28,019 nucleotides of DNA from Patescibacteria group bacterium (GCA_038065455.1 JBBTQX010000006.1:1-28019), one strand, 5' to 3'. Shown: positions 15,957 through 25,855, counted from the stretch's first letter. The notes: generated by a model not told the origin, from the sequence alone. A program made the numbers and translations.

Positions 15957-17028
15957 GTTTTATATGTTGAATTATACTTATGAGGATTGCTACCGTCAAG
16001 AGGCTGGATCCTCCATAGCTCACGAAGGGCAGGGTAATGCCGGTTACCGGCAAGAGCCCAAGATTGGCGCCCATATTTATCAAAAACTGGATAAAGAAGA
16101 TCAGCGCACAGCCGAAGGTCACAAATTTTAGGTCATTGCTTCCCGCCCTCAAGCTTATGTTGACCATTCTAAAGATAGCGAGAAAGAAAGTCAATATTAA
16201 GAGTGAACCACCCAATATCCCCCATTCTTCCGTGAAAGCCGCGAAAATGAAATCGGTCTGGGCCTCCGGTAGGAAGCGCAATTGGGACTGAGTCCCCTCA
16301 CCGAAACCCTTGCCCCAGAAACCGGCCGAACCGATAGCGATTTTGGACTGGATGACATTGTAATTTATTCCCAATGGGTCGCGCTCGGGAAACATAAAAG
16401 CCGTGAACCGGTCGCGCTGGTATGGCCTCAAAAAGAAAGTCCACAGAAGAACGAAGGCCGCGATGACGACGCCGAGGCCGATAAGCAACCTTTTTTTATG
16501 GATGCCGCCCATCAAGATAAAGCCGACCCAGATGCACAGGATAATGAGCGTGGACCCCAAGTCGGGATGAATGGCAATCAAAACCGCCGGAACAATCGCA
16601 TATAAAAAAGATATGAAGAGATTTTTAACGCGCCAAACGGCCAGATAGCGGCGGGTGAAAAAACCGGCCAAAAGAATGACGAGCGCCACCTTCGCGATTT
16701 CCTCCGGTTCAAATTGGATGCCGCCGACGACGAGCCAGGCCTTCGTCCCCCGCACCGAATATGATTGGAAGTTGGCGGCGAGAAGTAAAAGAGTGGAAAA
16801 GGCGTAAAATCCGTAGCGGAAGACCGGCCACCGCAAAAGCCAAGTCCAATTGAATGTGCTGCCAAAAAATATTATGGCGAAAGCAATGGCATACCAAATA
16901 AGCTGGCGCTGGAATAGGTCTTGATTATAGCCGGCCAAAAATCCCAGGCTCGCGACAGCGAGGAAGGAAAGGGCGCCCATCAAAGCCCAGTCGAGATTCC
17001 GCCACTTGGAGAAAATGGCGCTTATCAT
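15940..17028 (-). CDS. rodA: SEDS peptidoglycan glycosyltransferase RodA/FtsW
   Basis: HPDLGS, YNVIQSKIAIGSAG, LPEAQTDFIF, PVTGITLPFVSYGGSS. The QSKIAIG-type motif favours RodA. Confidence 0.88.
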   Translation of the reverse strand: MISAIFSKWRNLDWALMGALSFLAVASLGFLAGYNQDLFQRQLIWYAIAFAIIFFGSTFNWTWLLRWPVFRYGFYAFSTLLLLAANFQSYSVRGTKAWLVVGGIQFEPEEIAKVALVILLAGFFTRRYLAVWRVKNLFISFLYAIVPAVLIAIHPDLGSTLIILCIWVGFILMGGIHKKRLLIGLGVVIAAFVLLWTFFLRPYQRDRFTAFMFPERDPLGINYNVIQSKIAIGSAGFWGKGFGEGTQSQLRFLPEAQTDFIFAAFTEEWGILGGSLLILTFFLAIFRMVNISLRAGSNDLKFVTFGCALIFFIQFLINMGANLGLLPVTGITLPFVSYGGSSLLTVAILISIIQHIKLESSG

Positions 17029-17759
17029 CGGATGGCGTAGAAAAGCACCGAAGTTTTATTTATATCCAATCTGTCGATAATGGCCTTCTCCGCCGGGAAA
17101 TAAATCTCGAAGTCGGCTTCCCCGAGGCCGCTTATTCCGGGAACGGCGGTTTGGCCGGCGAAGAGCGGGTCGCCATATTTATCCGTCAGAATTCCGATGA
17201 TTTTTGCTTCCCCTGCCGGAAACGAGCTCAAATTCTTCATTTTGCCGGAAACTCTGATGCCGTCGGAAGCGATTTTCGTTTCGGAGCCGGAAATTACGGA
17301 AAAATCGGGCTTTACGAATTCCGCCGCCGGACGAAAATCCGCGCTTTTGATTTCAAAACCCGGACGTTCTTGTATAAGTGATAAATCGGCTTTGCCGGCA
17401 TCGTAGATGCCAAGGATATATTTCGTTTCGGAGGGATAAATTATTTCGTTCCCCGGCACGGAAGCAATTGTCTTTCCATCTCGGTCGAATATCAAAAAGT
17501 CGTACGAGAAAACGGAAGCGCCGTAATCCGAATTCGGATTCGTCACTTGTCCGAGTACCACGACGCGATGCGCGCTTTCGCTCTTGAACATCTGGGGCAC
17601 GCCCGATACCTCGAGCGGCAAAGGTTGATTTGTTCCGCAGGACGGGCCGAAACAAACCGGTGTCGGAGCGTTCGAAGACGGAATAAAAGCCCAAACAATC
17701 AATCCGAGAACGATGATATAAAACAGGCCATATGAAAATTTCTTTTGTCCCCGAGTCAT
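17025..17759 (-). CDS. Hypothetical membrane-anchored exported protein
   Basis: 244-aa ORF, N-terminal TM helix, beta-rich body, ATGA overlap with rodA. Confidence 0.8.
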   Translation of the reverse strand: MTRGQKKFSYGLFYIIVLGLIVWAFIPSSNAPTPVCFGPSCGTNQPLPLEVSGVPQMFKSESAHRVVVLGQVTNPNSDYGASVFSYDFLIFDRDGKTIASVPGNEIIYPSETKYILGIYDAGKADLSLIQERPGFEIKSADFRPAAEFVKPDFSVISGSETKIASDGIRVSGKMKNLSSFPAGEAKIIGILTDKYGDPLFAGQTAVPGISGLGEADFEIYFPAEKAIIDRLDINKTSVLFYAIR

Positions 17760-17822
17760 ATCGTTAAATGTAGATTTTTAAATCGAAATATTCAAATCAA
17801 ATAATTCTTTCACTTATTTCCC

Positions 17823-17847
17823 GGTGCTATCGTTGACTATAGCGCCT
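17823..17847. repeat. Short palindromic REP-like element (GGTGCTATC family), copy 2
   Basis: GGTGCTAT-cgttgact-ATAGCGCC just after the tpiA stop; related to 4004-4028. Confidence 0.55.
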
Positions 17848-17852
17848 AATTT

Positions 17853-18563
17853 TTATTTATTTTTAGAGCTGGGAATTAATCTAATTATCTTATTGAAATC
17901 TCTCGAATTGAGGCTGGCGCCGCCGACGAGGAGACCATTTATGGCTTCGGCTTCCAGAAATGACTTTGCATTTTTGGCATCCACCGAACCGCCATATAAA
18001 ATTTTTGAATTTTGAATTAAAATATTCTTTATAAATTGCGCCATCTCTGAGGCATCCGCCGGAGTGTCATTCCGGCCGGTACCGATGGCCCAAATGGGTT
18101 CGTAGGCGATGATCAAATTTTGATTTTTGTCCGCCGGCTGGCGGATTGAATTTTCCAAATCTTTTCGGAGCTGACTGGCGACGAATTTTTTGGCCGCTGC
18201 GATTCCCTTCTTTCTTACGCTCCATTTTTCGCCAACGCATAAAATTGCCTTAAAACCATGCATTAAAGCGGTTTTCACCTTCTTGTTTATAACCGCATCC
18301 GTCTCCCCTAAGGCCCGCCGATCCGAGTGCCCGATAATTATGTATTTCACGCCAAGGCGTTTCAGCTCTTCCGGAGGAATTTTGAGATCCTGCGCCCCCA
18401 GCGCCGCTTTTTTCAATATCTTCCCAATCTCTTCGATAAAAACGAAAGGCGGCGCAACAACCGCCCCTTTCTTATCCGATGCCTTCGCGAGCTTAATCGC
18501 CTGAGCTAGTGTTTTTGGATTTAATTTCCAGTTTGCAATAATTATCTTTTTCATATTATTCAT
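17853..18563 (-). CDS. tpiA: Triosephosphate isomerase (loop-3 deletion variant)
   Basis: ANWK, IGHSDRR, AYEPIWAIGTG, LYGGSV, LVGGASL. Confidence 0.95.
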   Translation of the reverse strand: MNNMKKIIIANWKLNPKTLAQAIKLAKASDKKGAVVAPPFVFIEEIGKILKKAALGAQDLKIPPEELKRLGVKYIIIGHSDRRALGETDAVINKKVKTALMHGFKAILCVGEKWSVRKKGIAAAKKFVASQLRKDLENSIRQPADKNQNLIIAYEPIWAIGTGRNDTPADASEMAQFIKNILIQNSKILYGGSVDAKNAKSFLEAEAINGLLVGGASLNSRDFNKIIRLIPSSKNK

Positions 18564-19528
18564 TGCCTAAGTATCCTGGCGGCGTCATCCGGATCCACCG
18601 GATTTATCTCTATCCCCGTCCCCAATTCGAATCCCGCCGAAATATTCAATTTCGGAAGTATCTCAACATGCCAATGGTAATGTTTGAAAGATTTCGCGTT
18701 CTTGACCGGCGCGGAATGGATGAAAAAATTGTAATCCGATTTTTTTATCTTCTTTTCCAATTTTATCAGAGCGATTCTCAAAGCAAGCGCGACGTCTTTT
18801 AATTCGCTCTCCGGCGTTTCTTCCAGATAGGGCCAGTGCTTCAGCGGATAAACCCGCAATTGGAAAGGTTCGCGGGAAACATAGGGCGCAACGACTATCG
18901 CCGACTTATTCCTGAAAACTATCCTTTTTTTCTCCCTCAATTCCCGATCAATCGCCCGGCAATGCATGCATCGCCCCGTTTTCTTGAAATACCTTTCGGA
19001 ATTCTCGAGCGAGGTTCCCACCAGACGCGGAACAATGGGCACGGCCAAAATCTGGTAATGGGGATGGAGAATACTCGCTCCGGCCGCCGCGCCCCAGTTA
19101 TGGAAAATTGATATATAAGAAACGTCTTTCTCTTTCTTAAGAGTCCTTAACCTTTCTCGGAAGACTTCGAAAACCTCAATCGCGTCTTTCGGGGAAAGTT
19201 TGGGAAAGTTGTTCTTATGGCTCCTTGTGACGACAAGTTCGTGATGGCCGAAGCCCTTGAGAGTTTCATAGGTTCGGCTCTTTTCTTTTACAATCGGCCC
19301 GTCGCCGTGAACCACAGCCGGATATTTGTTTTCAAGAACCGCGACCCGCCAATTCTTCGGATTGTCGTAAAAAATAATTACATTGTGCCCCGAAATCTCG
19401 CCTTCAAACGGGCAAGGCAGTTTTTTTTTATTCTTTTTAAAATCGTTCGGCCGCTTCCCCCGCTTCGGGGAAATTATCACCCAATTACCGGAGATTAAAT
19501 CGTGGCGTATTTCCGGACCTTTAATCAT
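18560..19528 (-). CDS. galT: Galactose-1-phosphate uridylyltransferase (GalT-type HIT nucleotidyltransferase)
   Basis: RGKRP, CPF, NKYPA, GASILHPHYQ active site, HWHVEILP, AGFELGTG. Confidence 0.9.
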   Translation of the reverse strand: MIKGPEIRHDLISGNWVIISPKRGKRPNDFKKNKKKLPCPFEGEISGHNVIIFYDNPKNWRVAVLENKYPAVVHGDGPIVKEKSRTYETLKGFGHHELVVTRSHKNNFPKLSPKDAIEVFEVFRERLRTLKKEKDVSYISIFHNWGAAAGASILHPHYQILAVPIVPRLVGTSLENSERYFKKTGRCMHCRAIDRELREKKRIVFRNKSAIVVAPYVSREPFQLRVYPLKHWPYLEETPESELKDVALALRIALIKLEKKIKKSDYNFFIHSAPVKNAKSFKHYHWHVEILPKLNISAGFELGTGIEINPVDPDDAARILRQ

Positions 19529-20261
19529 AAATTTTCTTCGAATAGGCCTTCTGCCAGAGCCAAATCCTGATGAGCGCTACATCCCACAGAGTGGAAAAGT
19601 AAGCTCCCAAGCCGACTTTGGAAGCCATGTCGTTCACCCATCGCACCGGCATCTCTTTTACCTTGAAGCCAAAAAGGCGCGCTAGCGCGATTGCCTCAAC
19701 GTCGAAACCCCAGCGTGTTATTTTGGCGGCGCCGAAAATCCTGATAGCCGCTTCTTCCGTGAAGCATTTGAAACCGCATTGCGTATCCCAAAAACCTGGG
19801 GTAGCTAAAGTCTGAATCACGAGATTGCCCGCCTTGCCGAGAATCTGGCGATACCACGGCTGGGATGGTTCCAATTTGGCGCCCTTCACGGCGCGCGAGC
19901 CGATTACCGCGCCATAACCTTCTTTGAAAAACGGCAGCATCTTGTCGAATTGATCAATGGATGTGGAATTGTCGGCATCGGTGAAGATGCGGTAGTTGCC
20001 GTTCGCTTTGAGCATTCCTTCCTTCACCGACCAGCCCTTTCCGCGGTTTTCCTTCCTGTCGATTATTTTAAGATTCTTGATTATGTGGCTAAAGCGGTTC
20101 GTCACATCCACCATGGCATCCTTTGAACCGTCGCTCACAACGATTATTTCGTAGGAATATTCCCGTTCCGAAAGCTTCTTATCAATATCCACGAGCGTGA
20201 GCGGCAATCTCTTAGCTTCATTGTAAGCTGGGATGATAACGGAAAGATAAGGCTTAGCCAT
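19521..20261 (-). CDS. GT2 glycosyltransferase, polyprenyl-phosphate glucosyltransferase-like
   Basis: SVIIPAYNE, DGSKD, NRGKG, FTDAD, DTQCGFK, GFDVE. Confidence 0.92.
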   Translation of the reverse strand: MAKPYLSVIIPAYNEAKRLPLTLVDIDKKLSEREYSYEIIVVSDGSKDAMVDVTNRFSHIIKNLKIIDRKENRGKGWSVKEGMLKANGNYRIFTDADNSTSIDQFDKMLPFFKEGYGAVIGSRAVKGAKLEPSQPWYRQILGKAGNLVIQTLATPGFWDTQCGFKCFTEEAAIRIFGAAKITRWGFDVEAIALARLFGFKVKEMPVRWVNDMASKVGLGAYFSTLWDVALIRIWLWQKAYSKKIYD

Positions 20262-20262
20262 T

Positions 20263-20859
20263 TTAATTTTCTTTGAATACGATTTTCTTGTAGGTTAGGA
20301 AGTTCCAAAACATTGCCGAAAATACCGCTATAATCGCTCCGATATTCGCCCAAATTTTGGGATCTATGCCGTTCGGGACGCCGATAACATTCACGACAAT
20401 CGAAGCGACTGTCACATTTATGGCGATTCCCACGAGAGTAAAAGCTCCGAAACGGGCATATTCCGAGATCGTTACCGGCAGTTTGCTTCCGAATGTCCAA
20501 AATTTATTCCAAAAATAACTGTTGGTTGTCCCCACTACGAACGATACGGCTTTAAAACCGGTAAAAGAAAGTCCGCCATAGATGCCTGTCATAAGCATTA
20601 GAAGATTTAAAACTCCCAAATCCAATAAAGTGTTCAATGTCCCTACCGCTGCGAATTTGCCAAACTGTTCGAAAATCGGCCAAATGCGGCCGAGTTTTTT
20701 AAGGATAAAAAGCGCAATGGGGGCGAAAATAGTTAAACCCAGAACAGAAACTGAAATGAATATTGGCGAAATATCAAGACCAATATTTTTGGCCGGTAAA
20801 AGGACTAGCCATCCGACCAAAAAACCTATTATCGCGACCAAATAGTAATCTTTTTTCAT
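20263..20859 (-). CDS. GtrA-family membrane protein (putative flippase)
   Basis: QFGKFAAVGTLNTLLD, NSYFWNKFWTF, WNFLTYKKIVF; adjacent to the GT2 gene. Confidence 0.88.
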   Translation of the reverse strand: MKKDYYLVAIIGFLVGWLVLLPAKNIGLDISPIFISVSVLGLTIFAPIALFILKKLGRIWPIFEQFGKFAAVGTLNTLLDLGVLNLLMLMTGIYGGLSFTGFKAVSFVVGTTNSYFWNKFWTFGSKLPVTISEYARFGAFTLVGIAINVTVASIVVNVIGVPNGIDPKIWANIGAIIAVFSAMFWNFLTYKKIVFKEN

Positions 20860-20865
20860 TTTTAT

Positions 20866-23226
20866 TTAATTCCGAAGGCGATTGTATATTTCCTGCTCCA
20901 CTGCTTCTCTGGGACGGCCGTATCTCTGCCTCGAAAATTCCTTGAAACCCCGGGCCATTTCCCTGTCGGGCGGGTCGGCCTTAATCATCCGCGCGTTGAA
21001 GGGCTTCGCCGTCTCCCCGTTTATCAAAAGCTTAACATAGGCTTGAAAGTTATCAATATTAATTAGGTCTTGTTCCTTGAAAACCGGCTCGAATTGCTTG
21101 ACCAAAAATTCGGCATCCTTGCTTCCTACCCGGAAAGAAATGAGCGAACCGACGTTGCCGAAAACCGCATCGCGGATTTTATCGGGCAATTGGGCGATAA
21201 ACTGATGCGCGAGAGTGAGATCCAGCCGGTATTTCCGCGCCTCCGAAAGAATCGTGGCGATGGAATCGGTCGCGAAATTCTGGAACTCGTCGATATAAAG
21301 ATAGAAATCGCGGCGCTTATCTTCCGGCATATCCGTCCGGCCGAGCGATGCCATTAATATTTTTCCTACGACTATCATACCCAGAAGGTTCGCGTTCACA
21401 TCCCCCACTCGTCCCTTCGAAAGATTCACAAGAAGGATTTTCCCGTTATCCATCGCTTCGCGAAAACTGAAAGCGGATCTTACTTGGCCGATAATCGGCC
21501 GGACATAATCGTTAGCGGTGAAATTATTGAACTTGGAAGTAACGTAAGGCGTAATATTCGCCAAAGATGCTTCACCACCGGCTTTGACCGCCTCCTTTTC
21601 CCAGAAGTCGATGACAATCGGATTTTTTATCCTTGCCAGCTTCCGGGCGCGGAAAGCCGCATCCGAAAAAATTCTCGGCACTTCCATCAGCGTTGCCGGC
21701 TCATTCACCGAGTCTTCCATCAAAAGAAGGAGCGCATTCCGCATATATTGCTCGAACATAGGGCCGCCGGTGGCCTTGAGATCATACAGCTTGTCGAAAA
21801 TATTCAGGAGTTCGTTCACGATGAAAGTTTTTTCTTCCGGCCGGTGGAAATCGTACTCGAGCATATTCAAACCCACCGGATTCGCGATATCGCCCGGATC
21901 GAAAACAATTACATCCTGCATTCGATTTCGGGGCACAAGCCCCAAAATATCTTCCATCAAATCACCGTGGGGATCGATAACCGCAATGCCTTTGCCGTTT
22001 CTCACGTCGTCGGCGGCCATATTCGCAAGCAGATTGGACTTACCTGTGCCCGTTTGCCCGATCAAATACAAATGCCGGCGACGATCATCATCCGATATCC
22101 GAATATCAATCGCTTCTCCACGGAAAACACTCCGGCCGATCAATACGCCGGTTTTGGGAAGATTGGGCGGCGGCGGCGCTTCCCTAGATTTTACGTATTT
22201 CACATTGGGAATATCAGTCGAAGATGTCGGCAAATGGAAAATACTGGCTATCTCTCCGCTCGTCAGCGCTATTGCCCCTTTCGAACTGAAGGCGCGGAAA
22301 GAATAATTGTGGAAAAATTCCCGGTCATTGCTCTTTACTCGCGTCACTTTGAATTCATTCCGATTCGGGGCGGCTACTTGGGAAAAACCGGCCATAAGCC
22401 CGTCCAAAATAGAATCGGCTTGGAATTGACTCGGAGCCGAAGCGGCTATTCTTATATTCACCTCAAAGAGCGGCTTGGCTAATTTTGAACTTATAATCTT
22501 CACCTCTTCCTCATCGGCTTTTACAATTTGATCCTTATCTTTTTTTGACTTTCCCCGAAGAGCCTCGGATACCTCCGAAAGATTAAAATTCGCGCCACCT
22601 TTCAAAACATCTCTTAGTTTTGAACCTTTTTTCAAATTCTTCAAAACGCTTTGAATTTCTTTCTTAAAATTCTTTCCGGCCGGCCGAATCACAAATTGAA
22701 CCGCCCCCCCCTCACCCACGTCGTTTATATTGGCGAAGCCGCCCAAGATAGGAAGAAAACTATCCGCTTCCATTTCCTCATAAGTGCGGATAGGAAGAAC
22801 AAAGCGTTCTTTTTCGGAAACAATCGCGCCTGCGGAAACTCCGCTGTAGTTGAAAATATTGTAATCTTCCGCCGCTTCCACGATTGAATCACTCCATAAA
22901 GATTGGATTTGTTTCCGGAATGGCTCCGCGAATCGGGCCGGAACGGAAGCATAAAAATAAATTTCTTTGCCCACATGCGGCACCGCTACTTCAAAAGCAA
23001 CGGACGAACCAAAAGAAATAATAGAATTGAAAAGCTGTTCGGAAACGGCTATTTCTTTTTTAAGATCCTTTTTTTCATCGCTGACCTTGGGAATGCGGAT
23101 GGAAAAAAGTTTGGTTTCCAATTGGCCGATAAGTCGATTTCGCCGGACATTTTTCCAGAAAAAATAAAAACCGACTCCGCCGGCGAATATCAGCATCGTA
23201 ACGACGAAACTTAAGAATGGGGACAT
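20866..23226 (-). CDS. VirB4/TraD(TrwB)-like P-loop ATPase (type IV secretion coupling-protein-like)
   Basis: N-terminal TM, RRRHLYLIGQTGTGKS Walker A, IDPHGD, LYIDEFQNF Walker B, LSEARKY, AHQ. Confidence 0.9.
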   Translation of the reverse strand: MSPFLSFVVTMLIFAGGVGFYFFWKNVRRNRLIGQLETKLFSIRIPKVSDEKKDLKKEIAVSEQLFNSIISFGSSVAFEVAVPHVGKEIYFYASVPARFAEPFRKQIQSLWSDSIVEAAEDYNIFNYSGVSAGAIVSEKERFVLPIRTYEEMEADSFLPILGGFANINDVGEGGAVQFVIRPAGKNFKKEIQSVLKNLKKGSKLRDVLKGGANFNLSEVSEALRGKSKKDKDQIVKADEEEVKIISSKLAKPLFEVNIRIAASAPSQFQADSILDGLMAGFSQVAAPNRNEFKVTRVKSNDREFFHNYSFRAFSSKGAIALTSGEIASIFHLPTSSTDIPNVKYVKSREAPPPPNLPKTGVLIGRSVFRGEAIDIRISDDDRRRHLYLIGQTGTGKSNLLANMAADDVRNGKGIAVIDPHGDLMEDILGLVPRNRMQDVIVFDPGDIANPVGLNMLEYDFHRPEEKTFIVNELLNIFDKLYDLKATGGPMFEQYMRNALLLLMEDSVNEPATLMEVPRIFSDAAFRARKLARIKNPIVIDFWEKEAVKAGGEASLANITPYVTSKFNNFTANDYVRPIIGQVRSAFSFREAMDNGKILLVNLSKGRVGDVNANLLGMIVVGKILMASLGRTDMPEDKRRDFYLYIDEFQNFATDSIATILSEARKYRLDLTLAHQFIAQLPDKIRDAVFGNVGSLISFRVGSKDAEFLVKQFEPVFKEQDLINIDNFQAYVKLLINGETAKPFNARMIKADPPDREMARGFKEFSRQRYGRPREAVEQEIYNRLRN

Positions 23227-23229
23227 GGA

Positions 23230-23661
23230 TTATTTTATAATGCCGCGTTTTTTGAGCTCCGGAAGAAATTTATCGATTAACGCATCATGAAAGGCATCTT
23301 CGACGAAGGGCGGATATTTTCTCGCTTCATTCACGGCTTTCTCGATATCTTCGTTGGTCACGATTTGAAGCAAATGTTCCAGGGATTTTTTTATCCCATC
23401 GCTGTCACCGGAAGTAAGATAATTCGGCAAAAAATCTTTGTTCGAAGTGGAAATGGGCGCCAAAGCGGGCACAGCCGAAACAGCAATTTCCGCGGCCGGC
23501 AGATTGGTTTCTTCTCGAGCAAATGATTTTAGAGACTTCTTCACAATTTCCCTTTCGGTCAAGCCAACTCTATCGGGTAATTCCATTTGTCTAGTCACCT
23601 CGTGCCCGAGCCGAGCCAAGCCCTTTTCCACGTTCTCACTGAAATTTTTGACTTTAGTCAT
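23230..23661 (-). CDS. Hypothetical protein upstream of the ATPase
   Basis: 143-aa ORF, 3-bp gap to the ATPase, TATAAT 8 nt upstream of the ATG. Confidence 0.8.
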   Translation of the reverse strand: MTKVKNFSENVEKGLARLGHEVTRQMELPDRVGLTEREIVKKSLKSFAREETNLPAAEIAVSAVPALAPISTSNKDFLPNYLTSGDSDGIKKSLEHLLQIVTNEDIEKAVNEARKYPPFVEDAFHDALIDKFLPELKKRGIIK

Positions 23662-23689
23662 TTGGTTTAATTATATCCGATTACATTCA

Positions 23690-25003
23690 CTATTGCTGGG
23701 TAAGATTCTGTATTTGGAAAGAACCGAAGGTACTCGTGGAAACTATATTCGTAGAGGAAGAAAATTGGCTATTAGGCGAAGTAATCGGACCGGTCTGGCC
23801 GCTGCCGCCTATCCAATCCGTCTGCCGAATGGAAAAATTACCCCAACGAGTGACGAAACGCGATAAACTGACCTGATCTGCACTCGCTCCGAAAATCCAT
23901 TGGGTAGTCGCGACGATTTCTTGCGTCAACGGGTCGTCCGCCGTACCCCCCGGACAAGACGATATCGTGGAGGTGGAAATGTCCGCCAATGAATCGTTTG
24001 TGCGGCAAACGTTCAAAACATAGAAATCTCGAGCAAAAGATTGGCTGTTATAAATTTGCTGAACCTCAGCCGCGGAAAGCGCGCGATTATAAACACGTAC
24101 ATCATCGATTTGGCCAGTATATTTGTAATTACTATCCCATGGCATATTACCCAATTGGAACGCACTCGACAAAGTTTCCAGTGTAGCTGTTGCACTTCCT
24201 TCAAGGATTCCATCAACATACATTCTGACTGTTGTTGAGTCATAAGTTAATATTACTTGGTGCCAATTTCCATCACTTTTTGAAACAGCCGAAAATATTT
24301 GATCCGCTCCGCTGCCACTTTCAAAATATACTTTCCCGGTACTTCTAAGCGTGATTAAATAAATAGGCTTACCTGCAACGCCCGTACCATAGGCAAAAAT
24401 AGTATTATGGTCTTTTGGCGTGCTTGTTGCTTTAAACCAAGCAATTACTGTTCTTGCACTATTTCCCAAAGGAAGTCCCGAGACGGAAGCAGAAACATAA
24501 TCATTTACCCCGTCAAAACTCAAACAATTCCCGACCCTGCATGTTGAATTGGTCCGAGTCGGTCCATTCGTAAGAGTTCCTATGTTATTGTTTCCAGACA
24601 TGTCATAAGTCAGAGTGCTCGTGCTCGCCGCATCTTCATCAAAACCCCATTTGGCTATAAGATTACTCGTAACATCATTACTCAATAAACCCTCGCGACC
24701 GGCTACCGCGAAATAGGAAGTTCCCGAAGCCACCAGAAAATATTGATTACTTGAACCTTTAGAAAGTCCGTAGATATTTTGCCATTCGGAATTCGCGAAT
24801 GTCTGAACGTTATTCAAAAGCCCCTGAGTGACTTGGGAAGCAGTGCCAAGATTCTGATTGGTCGAAGTGGAACGGAGCATAAACGCGATACCGAAACTCG
24901 CCGTACCGATCAGGACCGCCCCGATGCTTAAACTCACGATGATTTCCATCAAGCTTTGCCCGCTCTCGTCCCGGAGGAAAGAGTTCGGAAAATTTTCTTT
25001 CAT
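23690..25003 (-). CDS. Prepilin-like protein with an internal LamG/concanavalin-like domain
   Basis: Class III signal GQSLMEIIVSLSIG. LamG-like motifs W.FDE, LSFDGVNDYV, WHQV..TYD, MYVDG, GQIDDVRVYNRALS. Confidence 0.88.
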   Translation of the reverse strand: MKENFPNSFLRDESGQSLMEIIVSLSIGAVLIGTASFGIAFMLRSTSTNQNLGTASQVTQGLLNNVQTFANSEWQNIYGLSKGSSNQYFLVASGTSYFAVAGREGLLSNDVTSNLIAKWGFDEDAASTSTLTYDMSGNNNIGTLTNGPTRTNSTCRVGNCLSFDGVNDYVSASVSGLPLGNSARTVIAWFKATSTPKDHNTIFAYGTGVAGKPIYLITLRSTGKVYFESGSGADQIFSAVSKSDGNWHQVILTYDSTTVRMYVDGILEGSATATLETLSSAFQLGNMPWDSNYKYTGQIDDVRVYNRALSAAEVQQIYNSQSFARDFYVLNVCRTNDSLADISTSTISSCPGGTADDPLTQEIVATTQWIFGASADQVSLSRFVTRWGNFSIRQTDWIGGSGQTGPITSPNSQFSSSTNIVSTSTFGSFQIQNLTQQ

Positions 25004-25020
25004 TGTCCTAATTATATACC

Positions 25021-25045
25021 AAAACCCGCCATTATGGCGGGTTTT
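25021..25045. terminator. Bidirectional terminator-like hairpin at the cassette border
   Basis: AAAACCCGCCAT-t-ATGGCGGGTTTT. Confidence 0.7.
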
Positions 25046-25056
25046 ATTATTTGTTT

Positions 25057-25077
25057 ACACTGAGCTTGTCGAAGTGT
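25057..25077. repeat. REP-like palindromic unit ACACTGAGCTTGTCGAAGTGT
   Basis: ACACT...AGTGT arms around GAGCTTGTCGA. Resembles the CTTCGACAAGCTCAG REP-like motif as I recall it; single copy in this window. Confidence 0.45.
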
Positions 25078-25226
25078 GCCCTTTGTTTGAAAATGCGCGA
25101 ACCTATTTTGAACGGAACTGACCGCCTCCGCTTCGCTCCGGCGGAACGCTCGGGTGCGGCGGAATTCCCCCCACACCCCCCTTCCGCCGCCCCCTCGCTC
25201 CCACAGCGAAAAATTTTTGCGGGCTT
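25076..25226 (+). repeat. 151-bp GC-rich inverted repeat, left copy
   Basis: Reverse complement of 27772-27922; no mismatch seen by eye, and the ORF track gives the same peptide from both copies. Confidence 0.95.
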
Positions 25227-25228
25227 TG

Positions 25229-25855
25229 TCAATTCGTAAATTTTATCCAAAGAAAAATTGCAAAAATTATGATTGCTATGATTCCAAAATTTTTCCAGAA
25301 ACTAAGTTGTTTTAATGTTTTGGTCTGACTTTCTGCTTGATTTTCTAAAATCGAGGAAAGGTTCGTCAGAAAAAAGTCAGCCGGATAACTATGTATAATT
25401 GGCGTTCCCATTACATCTTGCGGTGCCCAAATAACATGAACAGCACCATTTTTATATCTCCATGGGATTGCATACCAATCCCATAATTGAATAGCAAAAG
25501 CTCGGCGATTTAATCCCTTGTACATTTTTTCCGCCGATTCAATTTTTGTTCCCTTCTGCCAATCCGCAAGATTTATAGGGACATTTGCGTCCTTCATCAA
25601 TTTTTCTAATAGAGTTATTTCCTCGAAATAATCCGCTTCAATATCTTTATTACCGGAAGACATACTATAATCGGATGATAGCCTTTCAGAAATATCAGGA
25701 GCGGAGAACCCATTAAGGCAAGCATATTTAAGAGGAAAATCAGAAATAGCGAGGCGATTTTCGCCGTTCTTCAATGTCTTTATCGCCTGTTCTATAAGCG
25801 GTTTGAAGTCTTTGCAGTGCAACGGTTTTGATTTTTCGATATCGTGTAAATTCAT
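25229..25855 (-). CDS. Hypothetical protein with C-terminal TM helix
   Basis: 208-aa ORF ending FGIIAIIIFAIFLWIKFTN; last gene of the cassette. Confidence 0.75.
   Translation of the reverse strand: MNLHDIEKSKPLHCKDFKPLIEQAIKTLKNGENRLAISDFPLKYACLNGFSAPDISERLSSDYSMSSGNKDIEADYFEEITLLEKLMKDANVPINLADWQKGTKIESAEKMYKGLNRRAFAIQLWDWYAIPWRYKNGAVHVIWAPQDVMGTPIIHSYPADFFLTNLSSILENQAESQTKTLKQLSFWKNFGIIAIIIFAIFLWIKFTN

Noticed and set aside
20866-23226. ATPase as evidence of a conjugative element
   Set aside because: No relaxase or other T4SS genes nearby; it sits among housekeeping genes, as is common in CPR genomes.
25047-25250. ORFs within the 151-bp repeats (also 27705-28016)
   Set aside because: Low-complexity translations of GC-rich structured DNA, open on both strands; likely non-coding.
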